From assembly GCA_041675085.1 (NCBI GenBank), contig JBAYUN010000001.1:9829-73828 (forward strand): a DNA stretch of 64,000 nt. Reading direction: 5' to 3'. Below the pieces are notes generated by a model. That model made no database searches and had not been told where the DNA came from. It saw only the letters and a list, made by a program, of their open reading frames with translations. The position numbers and the translations under genes are program-made. This DNA is from Minisyncoccota bacterium. Its GTDB lineage: Bacteria > Patescibacteriota > Minisyncoccia > Phycocordibacterales > UBA9973. Below, piece after piece: positions 8,851 through 17,511 of this stretch. Numbering within the stretch: position 1 is the stretch's first letter; each line of letters starts with the position of its first letter.

Positions 8851-10011
8851 TTAAGGCATAAACTGCTTTAGGGCAGATTTGATAGTATTTTTGAAATCAT
8901 TGAAAAATAAGGCTAGAGATCCTTCTTCATATACCTTCTCTTTGCCTACGAGCAATAGTCCGATAGCAGGGAACCAAGAACTTTCTTTTAATTTGGTTTT
9001 GATAGTGCCGAACATCTCAGTAGTACCGATACGACTCGGTAATTTTAAAATCATTTTTGATAGTTCGATGATAGACTCAGTATTGGCTCCACCTCCAGTC
9101 CAGATCACACCTCCAGGTAGAAGTTCATTTCTTTTAATTTTCTTTAAATGATTTTCTATTAATTCAAATACATCAGAGAGACGAGCTTCAACTATCTCAT
9201 CTACTTTTTTCTTGGAAATATTTTCTGGGATTTTTCCCATCTTGATATTCTCAGCTTCTTCGAGAGTTATTTTTAATCCGAGAGCTATGTCGTTTGTGAT
9301 GTCTGTACCTCCGATACTAAAAGTATGCAAAGCTACGAGAGCTTCGTTTTCAAAGATGGCGATATTTGTAGTTTCAGAACCGAGGTCGACAAGTAATGAA
9401 CCTACGATTTTTTGTTTTTTGTTTAGAGCGATATTGCTAGTAGCTATGATACCGACTACGATATCTATGACTTCGACTCCAGCTCCTGTGACTACGGATA
9501 CGAGATCTTCAAAATGTTGATTGGAACAAGTCGCAAATAAGGCTTTGATTTCTAGTTTGTTACCGATATTGCCTTCAATTCTACCGACAATTTCTTTACC
9601 GTCTAATTTGTAGGCAATAGGGAAGACTTGGACTACTTTTTTGTTGCCGAGGTTTAGATTGTCTTCACAGTCTTCTAATGCTTTTTCGATATCTAGATGA
9701 GTGACTTCATTGTCGGCTTTAGATACTATAGTCGTACCTGTAGAGGTCTCGCCTTTGAGTGTGACTCCTCCAATAGATAAGAAAGCGCGTTTGATTTTGA
9801 TACCTGAGGATTTCTCGGCGAGAGTTAGAGCTTTTTTGAGTGAACGTATAGCGTCTGTAGTAGATATCACATACCCATGACGCAGTCCTTCGGTAGGACT
9901 CTCACCAATACCAATAATACTAGGATTTGTTTCTCCTTTTAGAAATTCACCTACAACCACTCTCGTAGTCGTAGTACCTATATCTATTCCTACAGAAATA
10001 TTTCTAATCAT
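8851..10011 (-). CDS. ftsA: Cell division protein FtsA
   Basis: GIDIGTT, GG.DITNDIA and TGGGA motifs. Lies upstream of ftsZ. Confidence 0.95.
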   Translation of the reverse strand: MIRNISVGIDIGTTTTRVVVGEFLKGETNPSIIGIGESPTEGLRHGYVISTTDAIRSLKKALTLAEKSSGIKIKRAFLSIGGVTLKGETSTGTTIVSKADNEVTHLDIEKALEDCEDNLNLGNKKVVQVFPIAYKLDGKEIVGRIEGNIGNKLEIKALFATCSNQHFEDLVSVVTGAGVEVIDIVVGIIATSNIALNKKQKIVGSLLVDLGSETTNIAIFENEALVALHTFSIGGTDITNDIALGLKITLEEAENIKMGKIPENISKKKVDEIVEARLSDVFELIENHLKKIKRNELLPGGVIWTGGGANTESIIELSKMILKLPSRIGTTEMFGTIKTKLKESSWFPAIGLLLVGKEKVYEEGSLALFFNDFKNTIKSALKQFMP

Positions 10012-10059
10012 TAAAATATTAAAATTTTAAATTCTAATATTTTTATTATATCACTTAAT

Positions 10060-10464
10060 TTAAAATTTAGTATGGGATAAATATTTTTTTTCAAAAATCT
10101 CTTCCAATTTTTCCATTTTATCTCCGTGGTCCAAACCTTTGAGATGAAGCATTCCGTGAATTATTAAAAATCCTAAAAAGTTTGGTAGCTTGCGGTCAAA
10201 GTTTTTCCTCTCGCGAATTACAACTTTGGGACAGATAACAAGCTCGCCTTCTTTTTTAGAAAGAGAGAAAGATAGTACATTTGTAGATTTATTTTTATTG
10301 CGATAGAGAGTATTTAATTCTTTTGAAGTTTTCTCACTGACGTAGGCGATAGATAGGATATAATTTTTACCCAAGATCTCATCTTTCATCATAGACAACA
10401 GAGAAAAAGGCAAGCCAAAAGCTTTCTCTCTTGTTTTGTTTATGATTTCAAGTTTTTCCTCCAC
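10060..10464 (-). CDS. ybeY: rRNA maturation endoribonuclease YbeY
   Basis: LN..YR.KNK.TNVLSF and HGMLHLKGLDH. Confidence 0.93.
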   Translation of the reverse strand: MEEKLEIINKTREKAFGLPFSLLSMMKDEILGKNYILSIAYVSEKTSKELNTLYRNKNKSTNVLSFSLSKKEGELVICPKVVIRERKNFDRKLPNFLGFLIIHGMLHLKGLDHGDKMEKLEEIFEKKYLSHTKF

Positions 10465-10472
10465 GAGTAGAA

Positions 10473-10700
10473 TTATCTAATTTTACCAAGTTTGCGAAGT
10501 TTGTCGATTTCTTTTCTGCGAGTTAGTCTCTTTAGAGTACCTTTCTTTACTTTAAGTTTAGATTCTGTTCTTTCGTTGTAGCGGTTCTTCTTAACTTTTT
10601 GGATAATACTAGATTCTTGAACTCTACGAGAAAAGCGACGCAATATACTTGCATTGTTTTCGTTTGGGTTTTTTTGTACCTCTATTACTGTGTTTGCCAT
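10473..10700 (-). CDS. rpsU: 30S ribosomal protein bS21
   Basis: Small basic protein, EV.KNPNEN.ASILRRFSRRVQ. Confidence 0.8.
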   Translation of the reverse strand: MANTVIEVQKNPNENNASILRRFSRRVQESSIIQKVKKNRYNERTESKLKVKKGTLKRLTRRKEIDKLRKLGKIR

Positions 10701-10810
10701 ATAGAGTATAGATTATCATAAATAAAATATATCGCAAGTATTTTGTCGTTTTTATGAGATATATGTGTTCTGGTGATGGACTTTGAAATAAAAAAGTGTA
10801 ATATTGATAT

Positions 10811-11278
10811 ATGGATAAGAAAATAGTTTATATTACAGAAGAAAAGAAAAAGGAGCTTGAAGCAGAGCTTTTAGAGCTATCAGGTCCAAAAAGAAAAGAA
10901 ATTATTGATGCCTTGGAGTATGCGAAATCCTTGGGTGATTTGTCTGAAAATGCTGAATATCACCAAGCTCGCGAAGATCAAGGTAAATTAGAAGAAAGAA
11001 TTAAAAAAGTAGAACAAATTTTAAAATCTTCAGAAGTCGTTAAAAAATCTGGAGGGGACACTGTGGAGATAGGTTCGGATGTTGTCGTCGAAAAAGAAGG
11101 CACTAAAGAACAAAAGAATTACATAATAGTAGGTGGAGAAGAAGCCGACATGCTTCAAAACAAAATCTCAAACAATTCACCTATAGGTCAAGCTCTCTTT
11201 GGCAAGAAAAAAGGCGACACTGTTTCTTTTCGCACTCCAAAAGGTTTGGTCAATTACAAAATAATCAAAGTTTCATAA
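10811..11278 (+). CDS. greA: Transcription elongation factor GreA
   Basis: GDLSENAEY and IS..SPIG.AL. Confidence 0.97.
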   Translation: MDKKIVYITEEKKKELEAELLELSGPKRKEIIDALEYAKSLGDLSENAEYHQAREDQGKLEERIKKVEQILKSSEVVKKSGGDTVEIGSDVVVEKEGTKEQKNYIIVGGEEADMLQNKISNNSPIGQALFGKKKGDTVSFRTPKGLVNYKIIKVS

Positions 11279-11287
11279 AATAAAAAT

Positions 11288-12751
11288 ATGTCTTCAATTG
11301 ACGAGATTCGAGACGTGCGTCTAGCAAAATTAAAAATCCTGAAAGACCGAGGTATCAATCCTTACCCTGCAGAAACAAAAAGAGAATTATCCCTCCTAGA
11401 GGCGATAAGTTCTTTTTATATGTTAGAAATAGAGAAATCTACTAAATGGGTCTCTGGTCGTATTATGTCTATCCGAGGCCAAGGGGCAATTTTGTTTATT
11501 ACTCTTTTTGACGGTACAGCGAACTTCCAAGGAGTTTTAAAACTCGACGTACTTGGCGAAGAGAAATTGAATCTATTCAATGAAGTTATTGATATTGGAG
11601 ATTTTATCGAAATCTCTGGAACTTTTTTTACTACTAAAAGAGGTGAGAAAAGTATCGAAGTTTTAGATTGGAATATATTGACCAAGACTTTATTACCGCT
11701 TCCTGAGAAATGGCACGGACTGACTGATATCGAAGAAAGATTCCGCAAGAGATATTTAGATATTTTAATGAATGAAGAAATCCGGGACATCTTGTCTAAG
11801 AAAATGAAATTCTGGGAAGTGACTCGTAACTTTATGAAAGAGAGAGGATTCTTAGAAGTCGAGACTCCTACACTCGAGGTGACTACTGGAGGCGCAGAAG
11901 CTACACCTTTTAAAACATATAACGAAGATTTTAAACTGCCTTTATATATGCGTATCTCTATCGGTGAGTTATGGCAGAAGAGACTTATGGCGGCTGGATT
12001 TCCAAAGACTTTTGAAATAGGTAGAGCTTATCGTAATGAAGGTTCTGATGCGAACCATTTGCAAGAATTCGTAAATATGGAATTCTATTGGGCTTATGCC
12101 AGTTATAAAGACGGTATGATTCTAGTAGAAGAATTATATAAAAAGATAGCCCATGATGTTTTCGGCAAGACGGATTTTGAAACTCGCGGTCATTCTTTTG
12201 ACCTTGGTGGGAATTGGGAGAAGATAGACTATACTGAGACTGTTAAAAAGGAGACTGGAGTAGACCTAAATAATACAACTTATGAAGAAGTAAAAAAGAC
12301 TCTAGAGAGACTCGAAGTGAAATACGACGGGGACACTATGGAGCGCCTCGTAGATACTCTTTGGAAATATTGCCGTAGAAAAATATCTGGACCGGTGTTC
12401 CTAACTGGGCATCCAAAGCTCGTCTCACCACTTTCAAAATCTATGCCTAACGATACAGATAAGACTGAGAGATTCCAAGTCATTATCGCAGGCTCTGAAG
12501 TCGGGAACGGCTTTTCTGAGCTCAACGATCCGATAGATCAAGCTGAGAGATTCCAAGTCCAACAAGATTTACTAAATGCAGGGGACAAAGAAGCTATGAT
12601 GCCAGATATGGAATTCGTAGAAATGCTCGAATACGGTATGCCTCCGACTTGTGGGTTCGGATTTGGAGAAATGTTCTTCGCCTTCCTAGCCGACAAACCA
12701 ATCCGCGAAACTCAATTCTTCCCACTAATGAAGCCAAAACGAGAGGAGTAA
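11288..12751 (+). CDS. lysS: Lysyl-tRNA synthetase (class II)
   Basis: PLPEKWHGL, EVETP, GGAEA.PF, ELNDP and GMPPT. Confidence 0.97.
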   Translation: MSSIDEIRDVRLAKLKILKDRGINPYPAETKRELSLLEAISSFYMLEIEKSTKWVSGRIMSIRGQGAILFITLFDGTANFQGVLKLDVLGEEKLNLFNEVIDIGDFIEISGTFFTTKRGEKSIEVLDWNILTKTLLPLPEKWHGLTDIEERFRKRYLDILMNEEIRDILSKKMKFWEVTRNFMKERGFLEVETPTLEVTTGGAEATPFKTYNEDFKLPLYMRISIGELWQKRLMAAGFPKTFEIGRAYRNEGSDANHLQEFVNMEFYWAYASYKDGMILVEELYKKIAHDVFGKTDFETRGHSFDLGGNWEKIDYTETVKKETGVDLNNTTYEEVKKTLERLEVKYDGDTMERLVDTLWKYCRRKISGPVFLTGHPKLVSPLSKSMPNDTDKTERFQVIIAGSEVGNGFSELNDPIDQAERFQVQQDLLNAGDKEAMMPDMEFVEMLEYGMPPTCGFGFGEMFFAFLADKPIRETQFFPLMKPKREE

Positions 12752-12830
12752 TAAAACTTGCTTTTAATAAGTTTTGTGTTTATATTTAGTAAGAGTATAA
12801 TTTTGTACTTGCAAATTTAAATAACAAAAA

Positions 12831-13193
12831 ATGTTAACACATAATCAAATCCTAGAATCTTCTGTGATTTTTATTGAGTTCGAAGATTCCAATCAAGATG
12901 AACCTTATCTTGTTGTAAAAAAGAGCATAGGGACTATTTCAGAAGCTATGATGCTTCTTGGGTTTAAATTTTCTGATTTATTCAAGTATTTGAAAAGCAA
13001 TATTGAATTTAATCCTTTTACTGATACTAGCTTGTTAGATCGTTTTTATATTAAATATGAAAAAGACGGATCTCATAAAGGAGTAAAATGTTATAGAAAA
13101 ATTACAGAATCAGAAAAAGTTAAAATTTCAAATGAATTAGATTCATTTGAATTATTCGACAAAAAATTACAGGAAGTAATATTTAACTCTTAA
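12831..13193 (+). CDS. Hypothetical protein (ORFan cassette 1)
   Basis: 120 aa ORF with its own TTGCTT-17-TATATT promoter and a terminator at 13214-13249. Confidence 0.65.
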   Translation: MLTHNQILESSVIFIEFEDSNQDEPYLVVKKSIGTISEAMMLLGFKFSDLFKYLKSNIEFNPFTDTSLLDRFYIKYEKDGSHKGVKCYRKITESEKVKISNELDSFELFDKKLQEVIFNS

Positions 13194-13326
13194 AAAGGAT
13201 ACTTTCTGCAAACAAAAAGCTTTGAGCATTATGTTCGAAGCTTTTTTTTATTTGCTTTAAATACTTTTTCTATTTATATTTATAACGAAAGGCAATTTTG
13301 CAGTAGTACTTTTAAAATAATAAATA

Positions 13327-13812
13327 ATGAAAGCATTATACGATAAGAGTGATAGAGATTATTATATTCTTTTTGAGGAAGGTGAAATATCTAAAATCCT
13401 AGCAGGTGCTAAACTCATTTGTCTGCTTTATATGAGATCAAGTGGTCAAGCTAGATTCATAGAATACATGAGGCCAAATTTTGAAATCCATATTTTGGAA
13501 ACAAACCTCGATCTTTTTACAAGGCAAAAGAGTTTATTTGAAAATAAATCATATACATTTTCTTACAGTGACGTTTTGCTGGAATATCCTTTGCAAGGTA
13601 CTATCCGTTTATTTTTATCAAAAGAATGGATTGAGATAGGTTTGAATGAAGAATTGTTGAACCGTTGCGGTATGAATGAACAGAGGTATTGCACCTCAGG
13701 GAGTAAGGTCCATTTTTATTCAAAGGATAGTAAACATATGATGACTAGTCAGCAGAACATGATATTTGAATCAGAAGAAATAGCTTGGACTAAGGAATAT
13801 GGTAACTCGTAA
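13327..13812 (+). CDS. Hypothetical protein (ORFan cassette 2)
   Basis: 161 aa ORF with its own TTGCTT-17-TATATT promoter and terminator. Confidence 0.7.
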   Translation: MKALYDKSDRDYYILFEEGEISKILAGAKLICLLYMRSSGQARFIEYMRPNFEIHILETNLDLFTRQKSLFENKSYTFSYSDVLLEYPLQGTIRLFLSKEWIEIGLNEELLNRCGMNEQRYCTSGSKVHFYSKDSKHMMTSQQNMIFESEEIAWTKEYGNS

Positions 13813-13832
13813 AATAGCTCATAAAAAATTAG

Positions 13833-13974
13833 ATTGAAAGAGTTTTGAATTTAATATTCAAGACTCTTTTTTATTATTAACCTTGCTAAATACTAAGAAT
13901 TGTGTTATTCTATTTTTGATATAGTCCTTTGATAAAGATAAGGATATTTTTAAATCTTAAAATTTTAAACAATG
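13833..13974 (+). repeat. ~140 bp direct repeat copy 1 (terminator + promoter + leader + ATG)
   Basis: Highly similar to 14444-14582: attgaaagagttttg..ttcaagactcttttt, cttgctaaatactaagaattgtgttatt, atagtccttt, aggatatttttaaatcttaaaa. Confidence 0.9.
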
Positions 13975-14430
13975 AACAAGAGTGTTGGCTTAGGTTCTTT
14001 TTTTATTGGGGCTGGAGTAGCCTTAATTTTTACTTTAAATTTAAATGATAATTCTGTTGAGCTTATCATTAAATTTTGTATTGGAGGACTTTTTGTTGTA
14101 TTACCTTATTTTTTAATTATTTCATCTTATGATATCAGTCAAATAAGATACATTGATGATTTGAGCGATGGCAAAAAATTTACAGTGATTTGTAAGTTTG
14201 AAAATATGTTCAAAGACAATACTGCTAATTATTCTCGCTTGTTATTTATTGTTAATGAGGTAAAAGATTATGATTTTTTTTTAATAAGCATGTCGGTAAA
14301 AGATTATAACAGTACAGGAACAAAAGAAGAATTTTTCTTTTGTTCTCTTAACCGAAGTATTTCTTTAAATTTAGAAGACTATAAAACTTATTTTAAAAAA
14401 GAGGGTAAATTTTTTCTTTTAGAAGAATAG
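13972..14430 (+). CDS. Hypothetical membrane protein (ORFan cassette 3)
   Basis: 152 aa with two N-terminal TM segments. Confidence 0.7.
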   Translation: MNKSVGLGSFFIGAGVALIFTLNLNDNSVELIIKFCIGGLFVVLPYFLIISSYDISQIRYIDDLSDGKKFTVICKFENMFKDNTANYSRLLFIVNEVKDYDFFLISMSVKDYNSTGTKEEFFFCSLNRSISLNLEDYKTYFKKEGKFFLLEE

Positions 14431-14443
14431 AAATTTATTTTAA

Positions 14444-14582
14444 ATTGAAAGAGTTTTGGATATTATATTCAAGACTCTTTTTAATTTCATGACTTGCTAA
14501 ATACTAAGAATTGTGTTATTGTATTTTTGACATAGTCCTTTAACATAGGATATTTTTAAATCTTAAAAATTTTTAAATTATG
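14444..14582 (+). repeat. ~140 bp direct repeat copy 2
   Basis: Same blocks as 13833-13974. Confidence 0.9.
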
Positions 14583-14840
14583 AATACTAAGAGTTTTAAT
14601 TCTATTGAGCCAGTTGATGGCATGTTAGGATTTCTTGCTTTGTGGCTATTTTTAATATACCTAACGGTATTTAAAATAGTAGGTACAGAAACAATAAATA
14701 CCTTACCTCCAATTGGAGGAGTAGCATTTGCTTTGTTGTTAATTTTACTTATGTTTCCATCAATGTGGGTGGTGTCTAAAGTTGTATTTTTTTTGACACA
14801 TAAAAAATATAAACATGAAAGCAGATTTCAAAACTATTAA
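14580..14840 (+). CDS. Small two-TM hypothetical protein (ORFan cassette 4a)
   Basis: 86 aa, two hydrophobic helices, starts at the repeat-supplied ATG. Confidence 0.65.
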   Translation: MNTKSFNSIEPVDGMLGFLALWLFLIYLTVFKIVGTETINTLPPIGGVAFALLLILLMFPSMWVVSKVVFFLTHKKYKHESRFQNY

Positions 14841-15066
14841 AAAATCAGTAGCATTACCAGAAGGTTTCACTTCAGTTGAAACGGGGCTACCAATCTTAAA
14901 GTTGAGAGTTACGTGCTTCATGAGTAACGGTACTTCTTTCATTGGTTGGAGATATCATAATGTGATGAGAAGTGGATGGTATATTTATTATGATCCTGAC
15001 CTCCGTGCTAACTTAGATTGGGGTGGTGTTCACTTATTGGGTTGGAAATTCATAGAACATGAATAA
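14815..15066 (+). CDS. Hypothetical protein (ORFan cassette 4b)
   Basis: 83 aa Trp-rich ORF overlapping the previous gene, followed by a terminator at 15082-15118. Confidence 0.55.
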   Translation: MKADFKTIKKSVALPEGFTSVETGLPILKLRVTCFMSNGTSFIGWRYHNVMRSGWYIYYDPDLRANLDWGGVHLLGWKFIEHE

Positions 15067-15142
15067 TTACATTTAAAGTATAAGAGTTTTGCGTATTTGT
15101 TATGCAAAGCTCTTTTTTATTTGTGTTATAATATAAGTATGA

Positions 15143-15243
15143 ATCCCGTTAAAAATTTTAAAGAACGGGAGTTATAATGTATTTTATTTAGAACTTATAA
15201 CGTGTAGTTTAATTATAAATTAATCAAAAATATTTAACGGGAT
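15143..15243 (+). mobile_element. MITE-like element at a start codon, copy 1
   Basis: TIRs ATCCCGTTAAA...TTTAACGGGAT, ATGA on both sides, last 34 nt identical to the copy at 20943-21044. Confidence 0.75.
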
Positions 15244-15589
15244 GAAAATAATTTTACAATGGTTGATCGTCGCAGGAGCGGTTTTGGCTACTTCTTATAT
15301 CGTACCGGGGATATCTGTGGCGAGTTTTTATATTGCTCTTATTGTGGCTTTAGTCTGGGGAGTATTTAGTTTGTCTATTAAGCCAATATTGCATATTTTA
15401 ACCCTACCTATCACTATCTTAACTCTAGGACTTTTCTCCCTCGTGATTAATGGATTATTGTTCTGGTTTATCTCTACTTTTATCAAAGGTTTTCAAGTAG
15501 AGAGTTTTGTTTCAGCGATACTGGGTGCTTTTGCAGTCTCTATTATTACTTGGTTTTTGGGTATCATCCTTTTACCAAAAGAAGATTAG
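15242..15589 (+). CDS. 4-TM phage-holin-family (YvlD/DUF360) membrane protein
   Basis: IKPILHILTLPITILTLGLFSLVING signature. Confidence 0.88.
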   Translation: MKIILQWLIVAGAVLATSYIVPGISVASFYIALIVALVWGVFSLSIKPILHILTLPITILTLGLFSLVINGLLFWFISTFIKGFQVESFVSAILGAFAVSIITWFLGIILLPKED

Positions 15590-15595
15590 TATGAA

Positions 15596-15616
15596 TACAT
15601 AGGGTAACCCTATGTA
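15596..15616. repeat. Short palindrome TACATAGGGT-A-ACCCTATGTA
   Basis: 10 bp perfect inverted repeat directly before a terminator. Confidence 0.6.
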
Positions 15617-15650
15617 AAAAGCCCTCAGCCGTCAGGCTGAGGGCTTTTTT
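15616..15650 (+). terminator. Rho-independent terminator
   Basis: aaaaagccctcagcc-gtca-ggctgagggctttttt. Confidence 0.85.
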
Positions 15651-15673
15651 GTTGTTTTCATTTTTACTATTAG

Positions 15674-15682
15674 TTATCCACA
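15674..15682 (+). promoter_or_regulatory. DnaA box
   Basis: Perfect TTATCCACA upstream of mraZ. Confidence 0.55.
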
Positions 15683-15707
15683 TTTTTCTTTGATTTATTG
15701 TTTGTGT

Positions 15708-15753
15708 AGTGGGGTAGAGTGGTGTACAATATATATGAAGTGGGAAAAAGTGG
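15708..15753 (+). promoter_or_regulatory. MraZ binding repeats
   Basis: AGTGG at 15708, 15718, 15739 and 15749 (about 10 bp periodicity) around a TACAAT -10 upstream of mraZ. Confidence 0.75.
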
Positions 15754-15778
15754 GATGAGAATTTAAGTAGAATAATTT

Positions 15779-16216
15779 ATGCTAATAGGAGAATATACAC
15801 ACAAAATAGATGAAAAAGGACGTGTTTCTTTACCTGCAAAATGGAGGAAAGAAATGGGTAACAAAATCATCATAACAAGAGGACTCGACAATTGTTTGTT
15901 TGTATTTACTTCGAAAGAGTGGATTAAATTATCAGCTGAATTATCTTCTTCATCATGGTTGAAGTCTGATACCCGTGCTTTTAATAGAAGAATATTTGGA
16001 GGAGCAACAGAAGTCGAGATAGATACAGTCGGTAGAATGCTCTTACCAGAATTCTTGAAAAAAGAAGCTAGTTTGGTAGATATGGACAAAGCCGTATTGA
16101 TAGGAGTCGATAATAGAATAGAAGTTTGGAATGAAGTCGTTTGGTCGGATTATAAAAACATTACTGATAAACAAGCCGATGAGATAGCAGAGAAAATCGG
16201 TAATACAATTCGATAA
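15779..16216 (+). CDS. mraZ: Transcriptional regulator MraZ
   Basis: GEY.HKIDEKGRVSLP and D..GRMLLP. Confidence 0.97.
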   Translation: MLIGEYTHKIDEKGRVSLPAKWRKEMGNKIIITRGLDNCLFVFTSKEWIKLSAELSSSSWLKSDTRAFNRRIFGGATEVEIDTVGRMLLPEFLKKEASLVDMDKAVLIGVDNRIEVWNEVVWSDYKNITDKQADEIAEKIGNTIR

Positions 16217-17115
16217 TGACTACAGTCCATAAAAGCGTTCTTTTAAAAGAAACTATAGAAGGTCTAAATCTGTCTAATGCATCTGTCGTTATCGACGGGA
16301 CTTTCGGTGGAGGAGGGCATACCAAAGAGATATTGACTCAATACCCGAACACAAAAGTTATCGCTATCGATAGGGATATCGGAGCTTTTGATAGAGCTAT
16401 GAGTAAACTCGTAGGTTTAGAAGATAGGATATCTTTCCATAATTTAAATTTTAAAGATTTAAATTATGCATTAGAGAGAGAAGATATCGAGCAAGTTGAT
16501 GCTATTTTACTCGACTTGGGACTTTCTTCAGATCAGCTCGATAATTCTAAAAGAGGATTTTCATTTCTAAGAGATGAAGACTTGCTTATGACTATGAAAG
16601 AGTCACCAGACGGAGACGACGTCACAGCCAAAGATATAGTCAATACTTGGAGTGAAGAATCTATCGCAGATATTATCTACGGGTACGGAGAAGAGACTTT
16701 TGCTCGAGTTATCGCTCGCAATATTGTCCTGGCTCGTAAGGATAAAGAAATAAATACTACTTTTGATCTAGTAAAGATTATCGAGAGTAGTGTCAATAAA
16801 TCTTACCGTAACAAAAAGACTCATTGCGCTACAAAGACTTTCCAAGCTTTACGTATAGCTACCAACGACGAATTGCAAAGCATAGAACAAGCTTTAGAAA
16901 AAAGTTTAGAAGCTTTAAAAGTAGGAGGACGTCTAGCAGTGATTAGTTTCCATAGTCTCGAAGACAGGATAGTAAAGAATTTCTATAAAACAAAATCCCA
17001 AAACAAAGAAGTTATTTTGATAAATAAGAAACCAATAATCCCAGGTGAAGAAGAATTAAAAGAAAATAAAAGATCTCGTAGTGCCAAACTAAGAATTTTA
17101 GAAAAAATATTATAA
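16216..17115 (+). CDS. rsmH: 16S rRNA C1402 methyltransferase RsmH
   Basis: HKSVL, DGTFGGGGH, DLGLSS.QLD, ISFHSLEDR and RSRSAKLR. Confidence 0.97.
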   Translation: MTTVHKSVLLKETIEGLNLSNASVVIDGTFGGGGHTKEILTQYPNTKVIAIDRDIGAFDRAMSKLVGLEDRISFHNLNFKDLNYALEREDIEQVDAILLDLGLSSDQLDNSKRGFSFLRDEDLLMTMKESPDGDDVTAKDIVNTWSEESIADIIYGYGEETFARVIARNIVLARKDKEINTTFDLVKIIESSVNKSYRNKKTHCATKTFQALRIATNDELQSIEQALEKSLEALKVGGRLAVISFHSLEDRIVKNFYKTKSQNKEVILINKKPIIPGEEELKENKRSRSAKLRILEKIL

Positions 17116-17136
17116 ATTAATTAAAACAAAAACAAA

Positions 17137-17511
17137 ATGAAACAAGCAAGTATAAAAGTGAAAAATTATAAAGACGCAATAGATACTATAGATAGCAGAA
17201 TAGGTCTACGTAGTAAGGTTCTGTATTTTATTGTGGTAGCTTTCGGTATTTTTTCTTTTTTGTATGTTCTTGTTTTAGGCAATATGATTTTTAATATCAT
17301 CGAACGCAAAACCGTCGAATTAGATATCCGCAATTTGGCAAATGAAGTCGGCAATTTGGAATCAGACTATATAGCGCTCGCGAATACTATAGACAAGAAT
17401 TCCTCGGTCAGTTTTGGCTTCAATGAGATAAGTCCAGTTTTTGCTACTAGAACCGCTATTGGTTTTATTCCAGAAGGTAATAATACAAGATTAGCAGCAA
17501 ATGAAATCTAA
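17137..17511 (+). CDS. FtsL-like bitopic cell division protein
   Basis: TM helix plus coiled coil, located between rsmH and ftsI. Confidence 0.6.
   Translation: MKQASIKVKNYKDAIDTIDSRIGLRSKVLYFIVVAFGIFSFLYVLVLGNMIFNIIERKTVELDIRNLANEVGNLESDYIALANTIDKNSSVSFGFNEISPVFATRTAIGFIPEGNNTRLAANEI

Noticed and set aside
12755-15120. Classical integron / attC array
   Set aside because: No integrase, and no RYYYAAC...GTTRRRY attC boxes. The repeats are terminator-promoter blocks.
15242-15589. Holin as evidence of a prophage
   Set aside because: YvlD/DUF360-type proteins are common chromosomal genes, and no endolysin or structural genes are nearby.
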